Part shown: in pieces, positions 29,714 to 39,605 of the stretch | Numbering within the stretch: position 1 is the stretch's first letter | How the letters are laid out: each line of letters opens with the position of its first letter | DNA from: Isoptericola halotolerans | Lineage (GTDB): Bacteria; Actinomycetota; Actinomycetes; Actinomycetales; Cellulomonadaceae | Direction: 5' to 3' | Assembly (NCBI RefSeq): GCF_013149785.1 | Contig: NZ_JABEZU010000003.1 | Span: forward strand, 124,001 to 188,000 | Length of the DNA: 64,000 bases | The notes under the pieces: model-generated | Seen by the model: only the letters and a program-made list of their open reading frames with translations | Told to the model about the DNA's origin: nothing | Database searches by the model: none | Program-made: the position numbers and the translations under genes

Positions 29714-30289
29714 ATGACGGACGACATCTCGCTCGTCGCCCTGTCCGGGCTCGGCCCGGACAGGGCGGCCGAGGTGCGGGCGCTCGTCCGGGACGTCCCG
29801 GACTACCCGCACCCGCCCGTGGTCTTCCGCGACATCACCCCGCTCCTGGCGGACGGCGGGGCCTTCGGGGACGTGATCGAGGCGTTCGCCGACCTGGCCG
29901 AGGCGCACGGCGGCATCGACGTCGTCGCCGGCATGGAAGCACGAGGTTTCCTCCTGGGCGCGCCGCTCGCCACCCGGCTGGGAGTCGGTTTCGTGCCGCT
30001 GCGCAAGGCCGGCAAGCTGCCGCCCCCGGTGGAACGCGTGGACTACGAGCTCGAGTACGGTTCGGCGTCGATCGAGCTGCGCACCGGAACACTCCGACCG
30101 GGTTCCCGTGTTCTCCTGGTGGACGACGTGCTGGCCACCGGCGGGACCGCTCGGGCCGCAGCCACCCTGGTGGAGCGGTGCGGCGCCGTCGTCGCCGGCC
30201 TGGCGTTCCTGCTCGAGCTCGCCGGGCTGGGCGGTCGTGAACGGCTCGCCGGGAGGACGGTCGACACCCTGTTGCGAGCGGAGTCGTAG
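29714..30289 (+). CDS. apt: Adenine phosphoribosyltransferase
   Basis: [20 protein letters not shown] and [10 protein letters not shown] motifs. Confidence 0.96.
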   Translation: MTDDISLVALSGLGPDRAAEVRALVRDVPDYPHPPVVFRDITPLLADGGAFGDVIEAFADLAEAHGGIDVVAGMEARGFLLGAPLATRLGVGFVPLRKAGKLPPPVERVDYELEYGSASIELRTGTLRPGSRVLLVDDVLATGGTARAAATLVERCGAVVAGLAFLLELAGLGGRERLAGRTVDTLLRAES

Positions 30290-30339
30290 ACTTGCCGTCC
30301 CGCACGTCGCCCGACCGGCGTTGGTGGAAGGAGGTGCCC

Positions 30340-32682
30340 GTGGCTGACGAGACGCAGGTCAAGCGCGCCGCCGAGGCCCCTCGCCCCGGCACGGGGAACC
30401 GTGTCCGGAACCGGCTCGTGCGTCTGGGTGTCCGCGGTGCCCCGGCGAACACCCCGGCGCTGGAGCCGCTGCTGCAGGCCGTGCGCACCAACCACCCGAA
30501 GAGCGACCTGAGCGTCCTGGAGCGGGCCTACGCCACCGCGGAGAAGGCCCACCGTGGACAGCAGCGCAAGTCCGGGGACCCGTACATCACGCATCCTGTG
30601 GCGGTCTCCACGATCCTCGCAGAGCTCGGTTTCGACGGGGCGACGTTGGCGGCGGCACTGCTGCACGACACCGTCGAGGACACCGACTACTCGCTGGACG
30701 ATCTCACCCGGGAGTTCGGCGCCGAGATCGCGATGCTCGTCGACGGTGTCACCAAGCTCGACAAGGTCACCTACGGCGATGCTGCGCAGGCCGAGACCGT
30801 GCGCAAGATGGTCGTCGCGATGGCCAAGGACATCCGCGTGCTGGTCATCAAGCTCGCCGACCGTCTGCACAACGCACGGACCTGGAAGTACGTGTCGGGC
30901 TCGTCGGCGTCCCGCAAGGCTCGCGAGACGCTCGAGATCTACGCGCCCCTGGCCCACCGCCTCGGGATGAACACCATCAAGTGGGAGCTGGAGGACCTCT
31001 CCTTCCAGACTCTGTACCCCAAGGTGTACGACGAGATCGTGCACCTCGTCGCCGAGCGTGCTCCGGCCCGTGAGGAGTACCTCGGGGTGGTGCGTGAGCA
31101 GATCTCGGCGGACCTGCGTGGTGCCAAGATCCGGGCCACGGTCACCGGCCGGCCGAAGCACTACTACTCGATCTACCAGAAGATGATCGTGCGGGGGCAC
31201 GACTTCGCCGAGATCTACGACCTCGTCGGCACGAGGGTGCTCGTCGACTCGGTCCGCGACTGCTACGCGGCGCTCGGCGCGCTGCACGCCCGGTGGAACC
31301 CGGTACCGGGGCGGTTCAAGGACTACATCGCGATGCCGAAGTTCAACATGTACCAGTCGTTGCACACGACGGTGGTGGGGCCGGGCGGCAAGCCGGTGGA
31401 GATCCAGATCCGCACGCACGACATGCACCGGCGCGCGGAGTTCGGGGTCGCGGCGCACTGGAAGTACAAGGAGTCCGCCCGGGCCGCGAAGGACGGTTCG
31501 AAGGACCCGCGCGCGAACGACATGGCCTGGCTGCGCCAGCTCGTCGACTGGCAGCGCGAGACGGCCGACCCGGGGGAGTTCCTCGACTCGCTGCGCTACG
31601 AGATCGGCGCGGCCGAGGTGTACGTCTTCACCCCCAAGGGCGAGGTCATGGCGTTGCCCGCCGGAGCGACCCCGGTCGACTTCGCGTACTCGGTCCACAC
31701 CGAGGTCGGTCACCGCACCATGGGTGCCCGCGTGAACGGCCGTCTCGTGCCGCTCGACTCTCCGCTGCAGAACGGCGACGTGGTCGAGGTGCTCACGTCG
31801 AAGGCCGACACCGCGGGGCCCTCTCAGGACTGGCTGGCGTTCGTGAAGTCCGGCCGGGCCCGCAACAAGATCCGCCAGTGGTTCACCAAGGAACGGCGCG
31901 AGGAGGCCGTCGAGCGGGGCAAGGACGCCATCACGAAGGCGATGCGCAAGCAGAACCTGCCGATCCAGCGGTTGCTGAGCCACGAGACGCTGGTGGGCCT
32001 GGCGAACGAGCTGCGCTATGCGGACGTGACGGCGTTGTACGCCGCGGTCGGCGAGAACAACGTCTCGGCGCAGCACGTGGTCGAGTCGCTGGTGAAGTCG
32101 CTCGGCGGCGAGGACGGCACGGCGGAGGACACGGCCGAGGCCGCGCGTCCTGGTCAGGCCACACGCCGGTCCCGGTCGACCGGTGACCCGGGGGTGGCGG
32201 TCAAGGGTGTCGAGGACATCTGGGTCAAGCTCGCCAAGTGCTGCACGCCGGTACCGGGTGACGAGATCGTCGGCTTCGTGACCCGTGGTGCCGGGGTGAG
32301 CGTGCACCGCGCCGACTGCGCGAACATCGTCCAGCTGCGCTCCCAGCCCGAGCGGATGGTCGACGTCGAGTGGACCACGGGGGCGAACACGATGTTCCTC
32401 GTGCAGATCCAGGTCGAGGCTCTCGACAGGTCGCGGCTGCTGTCCGACGTGACACGGGTGCTGTCCGACCACCACGTCAACATCCTGTCCGCGACGGTGT
32501 CGACCTCGACCGATCGGATCGCGATCTCCCGGTTCGTGTTCGAGATGGCCGAGCCGGCCCATCTGCAGCAGGTGCTGGCCGCAGCCCGCAAGATCGACGG
32601 GGTCTTCGACGTCTACCGGATCACCGGGACGAAGGCCGCCGACGTCGGCAGCGTCGCCCCGGAGGCGCCGGCGGACGCCTGA
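30340..32682 (+). CDS. relA: Bifunctional (p)ppGpp synthetase/hydrolase Rel
   Basis: HD motif [26 protein letters not shown] and ACT domains. AAGGAGGT RBS. Confidence 0.98.
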   Translation: MADETQVKRAAEAPRPGTGNRVRNRLVRLGVRGAPANTPALEPLLQAVRTNHPKSDLSVLERAYATAEKAHRGQQRKSGDPYITHPVAVSTILAELGFDGATLAAALLHDTVEDTDYSLDDLTREFGAEIAMLVDGVTKLDKVTYGDAAQAETVRKMVVAMAKDIRVLVIKLADRLHNARTWKYVSGSSASRKARETLEIYAPLAHRLGMNTIKWELEDLSFQTLYPKVYDEIVHLVAERAPAREEYLGVVREQISADLRGAKIRATVTGRPKHYYSIYQKMIVRGHDFAEIYDLVGTRVLVDSVRDCYAALGALHARWNPVPGRFKDYIAMPKFNMYQSLHTTVVGPGGKPVEIQIRTHDMHRRAEFGVAAHWKYKESARAAKDGSKDPRANDMAWLRQLVDWQRETADPGEFLDSLRYEIGAAEVYVFTPKGEVMALPAGATPVDFAYSVHTEVGHRTMGARVNGRLVPLDSPLQNGDVVEVLTSKADTAGPSQDWLAFVKSGRARNKIRQWFTKERREEAVERGKDAITKAMRKQNLPIQRLLSHETLVGLANELRYADVTALYAAVGENNVSAQHVVESLVKSLGGEDGTAEDTAEAARPGQATRRSRSTGDPGVAVKGVEDIWVKLAKCCTPVPGDEIVGFVTRGAGVSVHRADCANIVQLRSQPERMVDVEWTTGANTMFLVQIQVEALDRSRLLSDVTRVLSDHHVNILSATVSTSTDRIAISRFVFEMAEPAHLQQVLAAARKIDGVFDVYRITGTKAADVGSVAPEAPADA

Positions 32683-32752
32683 CGACCGGTCCGCCCGACA
32701 CGGCTCGCCTGACACCGAGCGCCCCCTGGCGTCACGGCGTAGGTTCACCCCC

Positions 32753-33928
32753 ATGGACCTTCCTCTGGAAGCCCCGATCCGACCGATGCTAGCCCGCGCG
32801 GTCGCTGCTGTGCCTGATCAGCCCGACGGCCGGGCCGACTGGGTGTACGAACCGAAGTGGGACGGCTTCCGGGCGATCGTCTACCGCGACGGCGACGACG
32901 TCCGTCTCGACTCCCGCAACACCAAGCCCATGCAGCGGTACTTCCCCGAGGTCGTCGAGGCCGTGCGTGCCGAGCTTCCGCCGCGGTGCGTCGTGGACGG
33001 CGAGATCGTCGTCGCCCGCCCTCCGGAGAGGCCCGGTGACGTCGCGCGCCTCGACTTCGACACGCTCAGTCAGCGGATCCATCCGGCGGAGTCACGCGTC
33101 CGGCTGCTCGCGTCGACGGTGCCGGCCAGCCTGGTGGTCTTCGACGTGCTCGCCGAGGGCGACGAGGACCTGAGCGACCGGCCGCTGTCCGAACGGCTGG
33201 AGCGTCTCGACGGGTTCGCACTGCACGGACCGCAGGTGCACGCCACGCCGCGCACGGGCGACGCCGCCGTCGCCCGTGGATGGCTGGAGACGTTCGAGGG
33301 GGCGGGGCTGGACGGCGTGATCGCGAAGCCCTCCGACAGCTCGTACGAGCCGAACAAGCGGGGCTGGCTCAAGATCAAGCACGCCCGCACCGCCGACGTC
33401 GTGCTGGCCGGCCTGCGCGAGCACAAGACCTCGACGCCGGAGCGTCCGCTCGTGGGCTCGCTGCTCCTGGGCCTCTACCAGGACCGCACCGACGACAGCA
33501 CGGACGGCCGCACGACGCTGCAGTTCGTCGGGGTGGCGGCGTCCTTCCCTGCCGCCCGTCGTGCAGCCCTGTACGACGAGCTGGCCCCGTTGATGCTCGA
33601 GCCGGGGTCCTCCGAGGCGGGCCGGCACCCGTGGGCCGACTGGCAGGACCCGGCGGTCGCCGACGGCACGGCGGGGCGACGGCGCCCCGGCGCGCAGTCG
33701 CGGTGGAGCGCCGGCAAGGACCTGTCCTTCACCCCGCTGCGTGCCGAGCGCGTCCTCGAGGTCGGCTACGACCACATGGAGGGTGCGCGGTTCCGGCACA
33801 CGGCCCAGTTCAAGCGGTGGCGTCCTGACCGTGAGCCGGCGAGCTGCACCTACGACCAGCTCGTCGAGCCGGTCGGCTACGACCTGGCCAGCCTGCTGCC
33901 CGGTGCTCCGGGCACGGGGGACCGATGA
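32753..33928 (+). CDS. ligC: ATP-dependent DNA ligase (LigC type)
   Basis: YEPKWDGFR, DGEIV, DGVIAK, SRWSAGKDL and RWRPDR motifs. Confidence 0.9.
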   Translation: MDLPLEAPIRPMLARAVAAVPDQPDGRADWVYEPKWDGFRAIVYRDGDDVRLDSRNTKPMQRYFPEVVEAVRAELPPRCVVDGEIVVARPPERPGDVARLDFDTLSQRIHPAESRVRLLASTVPASLVVFDVLAEGDEDLSDRPLSERLERLDGFALHGPQVHATPRTGDAAVARGWLETFEGAGLDGVIAKPSDSSYEPNKRGWLKIKHARTADVVLAGLREHKTSTPERPLVGSLLLGLYQDRTDDSTDGRTTLQFVGVAASFPAARRAALYDELAPLMLEPGSSEAGRHPWADWQDPAVADGTAGRRRPGAQSRWSAGKDLSFTPLRAERVLEVGYDHMEGARFRHTAQFKRWRPDREPASCTYDQLVEPVGYDLASLLPGAPGTGDR

Positions 33929-33957
33929 TTCCCGGACGCCACGAGGGTCGGTAGCGC

Positions 33958-34515
33958 ATGGGAACGGTGAGATTCGGGATGATCAGCTGCTCGCTGGACG
34001 GTTACGTCAACGATCGTGACGGAGAGATCGGGTGGACGGCGCCCAGCGACGACCGGCACGCGTTCATCAACCAACGGGTGGGTGACGTGAGCGTGTTCGT
34101 GATGGGCCGAGAGATGTACGAGATGCTCCGTGTGTGGGACGACTGGCCACCGGGCCGGGAGGTCGAGGACGAGTTCGCGGCGCTGTGGGCCCGGACGGAG
34201 AAGATCGTCTGCTCGGACACGCTCGGGCCGGTGGGCGCGCCGCGCACCACGGTCGAGCCGAGGTTGACCCTGGACCGCCTGGACCGGATCGTCGCGGAGA
34301 CCGACGGCGTCGTCGAGGTCTCCGGACCCACGACCGCTGCCGACGCGCTGCGGTCCGGCCGGGTCGACGAGATCGACGTCTTCGTCCTGCCACGGGTCGT
34401 CGGCGCGGGCAGGCGTGCCCTGCCGGACGGGATGGAGGCGATGCTCGAGCTGAAGGAGAGCCGGGCGTTCAGCGACGGCGCGGTCTACCTGTCGTACGGG
34501 CGTCCCCGGGCCTGA
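33958..34515 (+). CDS. Dihydrofolate reductase-like / RibD C-terminal domain protein
   Basis: SLDGY, MGREMY and 'VDEI..FVLP.VVG.G' motifs. Confidence 0.85.
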   Translation: MGTVRFGMISCSLDGYVNDRDGEIGWTAPSDDRHAFINQRVGDVSVFVMGREMYEMLRVWDDWPPGREVEDEFAALWARTEKIVCSDTLGPVGAPRTTVEPRLTLDRLDRIVAETDGVVEVSGPTTAADALRSGRVDEIDVFVLPRVVGAGRRALPDGMEAMLELKESRAFSDGAVYLSYGRPRA

Positions 34516-34533
34516 GGGCCCGATCCGGTGCGG

Positions 34534-35613
34534 TCAGCCGCCGGACTGCTCGCGTCCCTTGGCGCGGCTCGGCTGCACCCGCTTCGGCTCGCCCGGCATC
34601 TTGGGGTACTCGGGCGGGTACGGCAGGTCGCCGAGGCCGTGGTCGGTCTCGTCGCGCCGGGCCAGCTCGAGCGCGGCGTCCAGCGAGCAGTCCGTCGCCG
34701 TGTCGCGATCGGCGCGCAGCGGTGCGAACAGGTCTCCGCCCTCCGCGAACCGTGCCGGCACGGTCGCCACCGTGAAGTCGTCGGGGCGGGCCTGGCCGAG
34801 CTCGTCCCACGTCAGCGGGGTCGAGACGGTGGCGCGGGGGTTGGGCCGGATCGAGTACGCCGAGGCGATCGTGCGGTCGCGAGCCATCTGGTTGTAGTCG
34901 ACGAAGATCTTCTCGCCCCGCTCCTCCTTCCACCACCGTGTGGTGACCTGTTCGGGCAGCCGACGCTCCAGCTCGCGGCCGATCGCGATGGTGGCGCGCC
35001 GGGCCTGCGTGAACGACCACCGCGGTGACAACGGGACGAAGACGTGGACTCCCCGGCCCCCCGAGGTCTTCGGGTAGCCGACCAGGTCGAGCTCCTCGAG
35101 CAGGTCGCGCAGGTGCGGCGCGACCGCGGCCGCGTCGTCGAACGTCGTGCCGGGCTGGGGGTCGAGGTCGATGCGCAGCTGGTCGACGGCCTCGACGTCG
35201 TCGCGCCGGACGGGCCAGGGGTGGAACGTCAGCGTGCCCATCTGCGCGGCCCAGGCGACCACGGCCAGCTCGTGCGGGGCGACCTCGTCCGCGGTGCGAC
35301 CGCTCGGGAAGGCGATCCGGGCGGTCTCCAGCCACGACGGAGCGCCCTTGGGCACGCGCTTCTGGTAGAACGCGTCGCCATGGCTGTCGGACCGGGTCGC
35401 CATCACCGCGCCCTCGAAGTAGCCCTTGGGCCACCGCTCCAGGGTGGTCGGGCGGTGCAGCAGCGCACCGAGGATCCCGTCGCCGACGGCGAGGAAGTAC
35501 TCCGCGACGTCGAGCTTGGTCAGTCCCGCCTCGGCGAAGACGACCCGGTCAGGGCTGGAGATGCGCACGGTGCGGCCGCCGACGTCGAGCTCGACCGCGT
35601 TCGAGGGAGCCAT
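34534..35613 (-). CDS. Stand-alone LigD-type primase-polymerase (Prim-PolC-like)
   Basis: FYQKR, LRIDLDPQPG, KTSGGRGVH, DYNQ..RDRT and PPEYPKMPGEP.RVQPS tail. Confidence 0.9.
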   Translation of the reverse strand: MAPSNAVELDVGGRTVRISSPDRVVFAEAGLTKLDVAEYFLAVGDGILGALLHRPTTLERWPKGYFEGAVMATRSDSHGDAFYQKRVPKGAPSWLETARIAFPSGRTADEVAPHELAVVAWAAQMGTLTFHPWPVRRDDVEAVDQLRIDLDPQPGTTFDDAAAVAPHLRDLLEELDLVGYPKTSGGRGVHVFVPLSPRWSFTQARRATIAIGRELERRLPEQVTTRWWKEERGEKIFVDYNQMARDRTIASAYSIRPNPRATVSTPLTWDELGQARPDDFTVATVPARFAEGGDLFAPLRADRDTATDCSLDAALELARRDETDHGLGDLPYPPEYPKMPGEPKRVQPSRAKGREQSGG

Positions 35614-35622
35614 GACGCCACG

Positions 35623-36315
35623 CTACGCCGAGCCGGCCCCTGCCGCCGGTCCTGACCTGTCCGCGAGGGACGCCTCGGCGGCATCGAGCAACCGACGTGC
35701 GCGAGGTCTGCCGACCGCGCGGGTCCGCAGCTCCAGCGATCGTCGCGCCCGCCGCAGGTCGGCTCCCGCCCGGTGGACCAGGTCGAGCACGACCGGCACC
35801 GGGTCGGGGTCGTGGAGCACCAGCTCCACGACGGTGCGGTGCGGGACCGTGACCGGCACGCCGTCCAACAGGGTGGTGTCGCCGCGCAGGAGCGGGCTCT
35901 GCCACAACCGGGACCCGGGTGGTCGGTCCGGTTGATGCCGCCCGGCGCGGTAGGTGAGGTGCAGGACGCCGCCGTCGTCGTACCCGGTGTGCACCCATGC
36001 CGCGGTGCGCCCCGTCACGACGGCGCCCGACGGGACCTGCCGGGCCAGCAGGCCGGCACGCTCGTCGGGCCCGACGGCAGTTCCGGCAGGACAAGCGGCG
36101 TCCGGGCGCAGCAGCTGCACGTCCCCGTCACGCACCAGCGTCTGCCATGCCACGGGACCTCCGACATCGGACGGCCCGAGGACGACGCGCGTCGCTCGTA
36201 CCGGGGTGAGCAGGTCGCCGAGGGAGCGGGTGGCAGGGTCGGTGCGGGCGGCGGGCACGAGAACCTCCGGGACGACGACGGTGGCTGCGGTGCGAACGTA
36301 ACGCACCACAGCCAC
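35623..36315 (-). CDS. AbiEi-like (type IV TA antitoxin-like) hypothetical protein; start uncertain
   Basis: 'VVTGRTAAWVH' and 'GVPVTVPHRTVVEL' motifs typical of actinobacterial AbiEi-like proteins. Confidence 0.6.
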   Translation of the reverse strand: MAVVRYVRTAATVVVPEVLVPAARTDPATRSLGDLLTPVRATRVVLGPSDVGGPVAWQTLVRDGDVQLLRPDAACPAGTAVGPDERAGLLARQVPSGAVVTGRTAAWVHTGYDDGGVLHLTYRAGRHQPDRPPGSRLWQSPLLRGDTTLLDGVPVTVPHRTVVELVLHDPDPVPVVLDLVHRAGADLRRARRSLELRTRAVGRPRARRLLDAAEASLADRSGPAAGAGSA

Positions 36316-36336
36316 CGTCGGTCGGCCGGCACGGGC

Positions 36337-36367
36337 CGGCTGTGGACGACGTCGTCGTCCACAGCCG
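36337..36367. terminator. Hairpin just after the DUF349 stop
   Basis: CGGCTGTGGACGAC-GTC-GTCGTCCACAGCCG, a perfect 14-bp stem. Confidence 0.65.
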
Positions 36368-36370
36368 TCG

Positions 36371-37882
36371 TCAGCCTCGGGAGTCCTCTGCCGCCTGGAC
36401 GACCTGCTCGAGCCAGGATCGGCGTGCGGTGATCGCGGCCTCCAGCTCCTCGGCCGTGCGGCGGTCACCCGCTTCCTGGGCCGCCGCGAGGTCCGTCTCG
36501 AGCGAGGCGATGGCGTCCTCGAGCTGGGCGGCGGCACCCTCGGCACGGGCCTGGGTCTCCGGGTTGGTGCGCCGCCAGCGGGCGTCCTCGGCCTCGCGCA
36601 CGGCGCTCTCGACGGCGCGCAGGCGTCCCTCGACCCGCTGGATGTCGCCGCGAGGAACCTTGCCGGCCTCCTCCCACCGGTCCTGGATGTCGCGCAGCGC
36701 GGACTTCGCCGCTGCCAGGTCCGAGACCGGCAGCAGCGCCTCGGCCTCGGTGAGGAGCTGTTCCTTGACCTTGAGGTTCTCCCCGTACTCGGCGTCGATG
36801 GCGGCGTTCGCCTCGTCCCGGGCACCGAAGAAGGTGTCCTGGGCAGCCCTGAACCGTCCCCAGAGGACGTCGTCGTCCCGGCGGTTGGCCCGTCCGGCGG
36901 CCTTCCACTGGGCCATGAGGTCGCGGTAGGCGGCGGCCGTCGCGCCCCAGTCGGTCGAGTGCTGCAGCGACTCCGCCTCGACCACGAGCCGTTCCTTGGT
37001 GGCCTTCGCCGCCGTGTTGCGCTGCTCGAGCTCGGCGAAGAAGTGGCGACGCTCGCGGTCGAACGCGGTGCGTGCGTGGCTGAACCGCTTCCAGAGCGCC
37101 TCTTCGGTCGGGCGGTCGATGCGCGGGCCGTGCCGTTGCGCGTCCTTCCACGAGTCCAGCAGCGCACGCAGCTCCTCGCCGGCCGGGCGCCACTGCATCT
37201 TCGACGGCTCCGTGCCGGCGATCTTCTCGGCGGCCTCGACGATGGCGGTCCGGGCCTCGATCGCGCGGTCCTTGGCCGCCGCGCGCTCCGCCTCGAGCTG
37301 CTTGCGTCGCTCGGCGGCCCGACCGCGCAGCGCCTCGACCCGGCCGCGCAGCGCGTCCAGGTCGCCGACGGCCGCGGGCTCGGCCGTCTCCTCCGCGAGC
37401 TTGGACAGGGTCTGGTCGATCTCGCGCACCGACAGGTCCGCGCTGTCCAGACGCGTCTCGAACAGGGTCACCTTCGCCGCCAGGTCGAGGTAGCGCCGGA
37501 CGTAGAGGCTCAGGGCCTCCTCGGTGGAGACCCCGGGGTACTGGCCGACGCTGCGCTCGCCGGTGGCCTCGCGCACGTACACCGTGCCGTCGTCGTCGAC
37601 CCGGCCGAACCCTGTGGCCGCCGCTTCCTCGGCCGCGTCGTGGACGACGGGGGCGACCGGGGCGGGCGGTGCGGCCGCCGCGGGGGAGGAGGCGGGCTGG
37701 GGCCGACGCAGGGCGGACGGCTTGGGCGCACCGGGCTTGGGTGGGCCGGGTCGCGGCGCCGCGGGCTTCGCCGACGCGGCGTCCTGCTCGGAAGCCTCGG
37801 TGGGAGGAGTCTCGGCCGTCGCCTGCTCGGCGGGACCCTCGACGTGGTCGGGGCCGTTCGAGCCGGGGATGCTCTCGCTCAC
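36371..37882 (-). CDS. DUF349 domain-containing protein
   Basis: FGRVDDDGTVYVR plus three helical repeats (W...G....LW.RF..A...F). Confidence 0.9.
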   Translation of the reverse strand: MSESIPGSNGPDHVEGPAEQATAETPPTEASEQDAASAKPAAPRPGPPKPGAPKPSALRRPQPASSPAAAAPPAPVAPVVHDAAEEAAATGFGRVDDDGTVYVREATGERSVGQYPGVSTEEALSLYVRRYLDLAAKVTLFETRLDSADLSVREIDQTLSKLAEETAEPAAVGDLDALRGRVEALRGRAAERRKQLEAERAAAKDRAIEARTAIVEAAEKIAGTEPSKMQWRPAGEELRALLDSWKDAQRHGPRIDRPTEEALWKRFSHARTAFDRERRHFFAELEQRNTAAKATKERLVVEAESLQHSTDWGATAAAYRDLMAQWKAAGRANRRDDDVLWGRFRAAQDTFFGARDEANAAIDAEYGENLKVKEQLLTEAEALLPVSDLAAAKSALRDIQDRWEEAGKVPRGDIQRVEGRLRAVESAVREAEDARWRRTNPETQARAEGAAAQLEDAIASLETDLAAAQEAGDRRTAEELEAAITARRSWLEQVVQAAEDSRG

Positions 37883-38679
37883 TGGGTCTCAACTCCTTCG
37901 ATGATGACGGGGCTGGCCGGGGAGCCGTCAGCGGCCCCGTCGGTCGTGCCCGCGTCAGCGACTGCCTGGACGGTGTCCAGACCGGACGTCACGGTGCCGA
38001 ACACCGTGTACCCGCCTGCGGCGTCGGACGGGATGGTGGAATCCTCGTAGACGAGGAAGAACTGTGAACCCATCGAGGCGCCGTCGCCGCCGCGGCGTGC
38101 CATCGCCAGCGTGCCGGCCGGGTAGGTGTCCGCGGCCGGTGCGTTCTCGACGGGGCCGTAGGAGTAGCCGGGTCCGCCGGTGCCGCTGGCCGTCGGGTCG
38201 CCGCACTGCAGGACGTGGATGCCCTCGGTCACCAGACGGTGGCACGCGGTGGCGTCGAAGTAGCCCTGCTGTGCGAGGGAGACGAAGCTGGCGACCGCCT
38301 GGGGCGCCTCCTGCCCGTCGAGCTCGAGGTCGATCACCTCGGTCGTGCCGTCGACGCACAGGTCGATCGACACCGTCCACGTGCGGTCCTCGGCGACCGA
38401 CGGGTCGGGCAGCTCGCCACCCTCGCGCGGGTCCGTCGAGACCGGGCTGCACCCGTCGGACGACGTGGGCGGCTCCGAGCCCGCGGCGTCGGGGGACGCC
38501 GTGGACGACGTGGGCAGCCCGGCGAGGACCACCGCACCACCGGCGACCAGGGCGAAGACGGCGAGGATCGCCACGATCACGGCGACGCGACGTCGGCGTT
38601 CTCGCTTGAGGCGCTGCCGTTCGTCCCACTTCGCCTGCCGCTTGCGGGCGTACTCGCGCTCGCGCTTGCTGGGCGCCAC
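37879..38679 (-). CDS. Membrane-anchored cyclophilin-type peptidyl-prolyl isomerase
   Basis: CHRL, LQCGDP..GTGGPGY, GSQFF and YTVFG motifs; basic N-terminus plus TM. Confidence 0.9.
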   Translation of the reverse strand: MAPSKREREYARKRQAKWDERQRLKRERRRRVAVIVAILAVFALVAGGAVVLAGLPTSSTASPDAAGSEPPTSSDGCSPVSTDPREGGELPDPSVAEDRTWTVSIDLCVDGTTEVIDLELDGQEAPQAVASFVSLAQQGYFDATACHRLVTEGIHVLQCGDPTASGTGGPGYSYGPVENAPAADTYPAGTLAMARRGGDGASMGSQFFLVYEDSTIPSDAAGGYTVFGTVTSGLDTVQAVADAGTTDGAADGSPASPVIIEGVETQ

Positions 38680-38831
38680 CGTCGTTCGTCCCCTCTTCGT
38701 CCGTGCTCGCACGGGATCGTGCGCGTGCGACAGTCTAGGGCGCGCGGCGCCCCTCAACCGCCCGAGAGCGCTGGCCGCGGCCTCGGGCGGGGCGCTCGGA
38801 CGACGCTGGACCAGACCGCTACGGTGGCGTC

Positions 38832-39557
38832 ATGGACGTGCGCGTGGTCGTTGCACCGGTGTTCGGGACGAACTGCTGTGTCGTCACCGCCGACGCCGAG
38901 CGGCCGGACGGGCGGCGTGACTGCGTGGTGGTCGACGCGGGCGCGGGCACCGTCGGCGGCGTGCTGCGCCTCGTCGAGGAGCACGACCTCGTCCCCCAGG
39001 CGGTGCTCGCCACCCACGGCCACGTCGACCACACGTGGGACGCTGCGGCCGTGTGCGAGACGTTCGGTGTGCCGTTGAGGCTGCACGAGGCCGACGCCTA
39101 CCGGGTCGCCGATCCCTTCGGCACGATCGGGCTCGGCAGCGACGAGGGGCCGGTGGCCGCGGTGAGCGAGGCGCTGACCCAGGCGCTGACCGACTTCGGG
39201 TGCACACCGCGCGACTACCGGGCGCCTGCGTGGATCGAGCCGTTCGACGGCACTGCGCCGCAGGTGGTCGCCGGCGACGTGCACCTGCGTGCGCTGCACG
39301 CGCCCGGGCACACGGAGGGCTCGACGCTCTTCCTCGTCGACGGCGGTGCGCGGCGCGGCGTCGTCCTCAGTGGCGACGTGCTGTTCGCCGGGGGCGTCGG
39401 GCGCACGGACCTGCCGGGAGCCGACGTCGACGCGATGCTCGCCACGCTGCGCGGGGTGGTCGCGAGCCTGGACCCGGCGCTCGGCGTCGTCCCGGGGCAC
39501 GGCCCGACGACGACGGTGGGCCACGAGCTGGCGACCAACCCCTTCCTCGGCGGCTGA
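38832..39557 (+). CDS. MBL-fold metallo-hydrolase (glyoxalase II-like)
   Basis: THGHVDH, PGHTEGS, SGDVLF and PGHG motifs. Confidence 0.92.
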   Translation: MDVRVVVAPVFGTNCCVVTADAERPDGRRDCVVVDAGAGTVGGVLRLVEEHDLVPQAVLATHGHVDHTWDAAAVCETFGVPLRLHEADAYRVADPFGTIGLGSDEGPVAAVSEALTQALTDFGCTPRDYRAPAWIEPFDGTAPQVVAGDVHLRALHAPGHTEGSTLFLVDGGARRGVVLSGDVLFAGGVGRTDLPGADVDAMLATLRGVVASLDPALGVVPGHGPTTTVGHELATNPFLGG

Positions 39558-39605
39558 CCGACGGACGCGTCCGCAGCACCGGCGCGGATCTGGGAAGATC
39601 GGCGC

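Noticed and set aside
35623..37167. 514-aa ORF as a single protein or frameshift fusion with DUF349
   Set aside because: The first 280 aa or so are an alternative frame of DUF349; a stop and a hairpin separate the genes; no slippery site seen.
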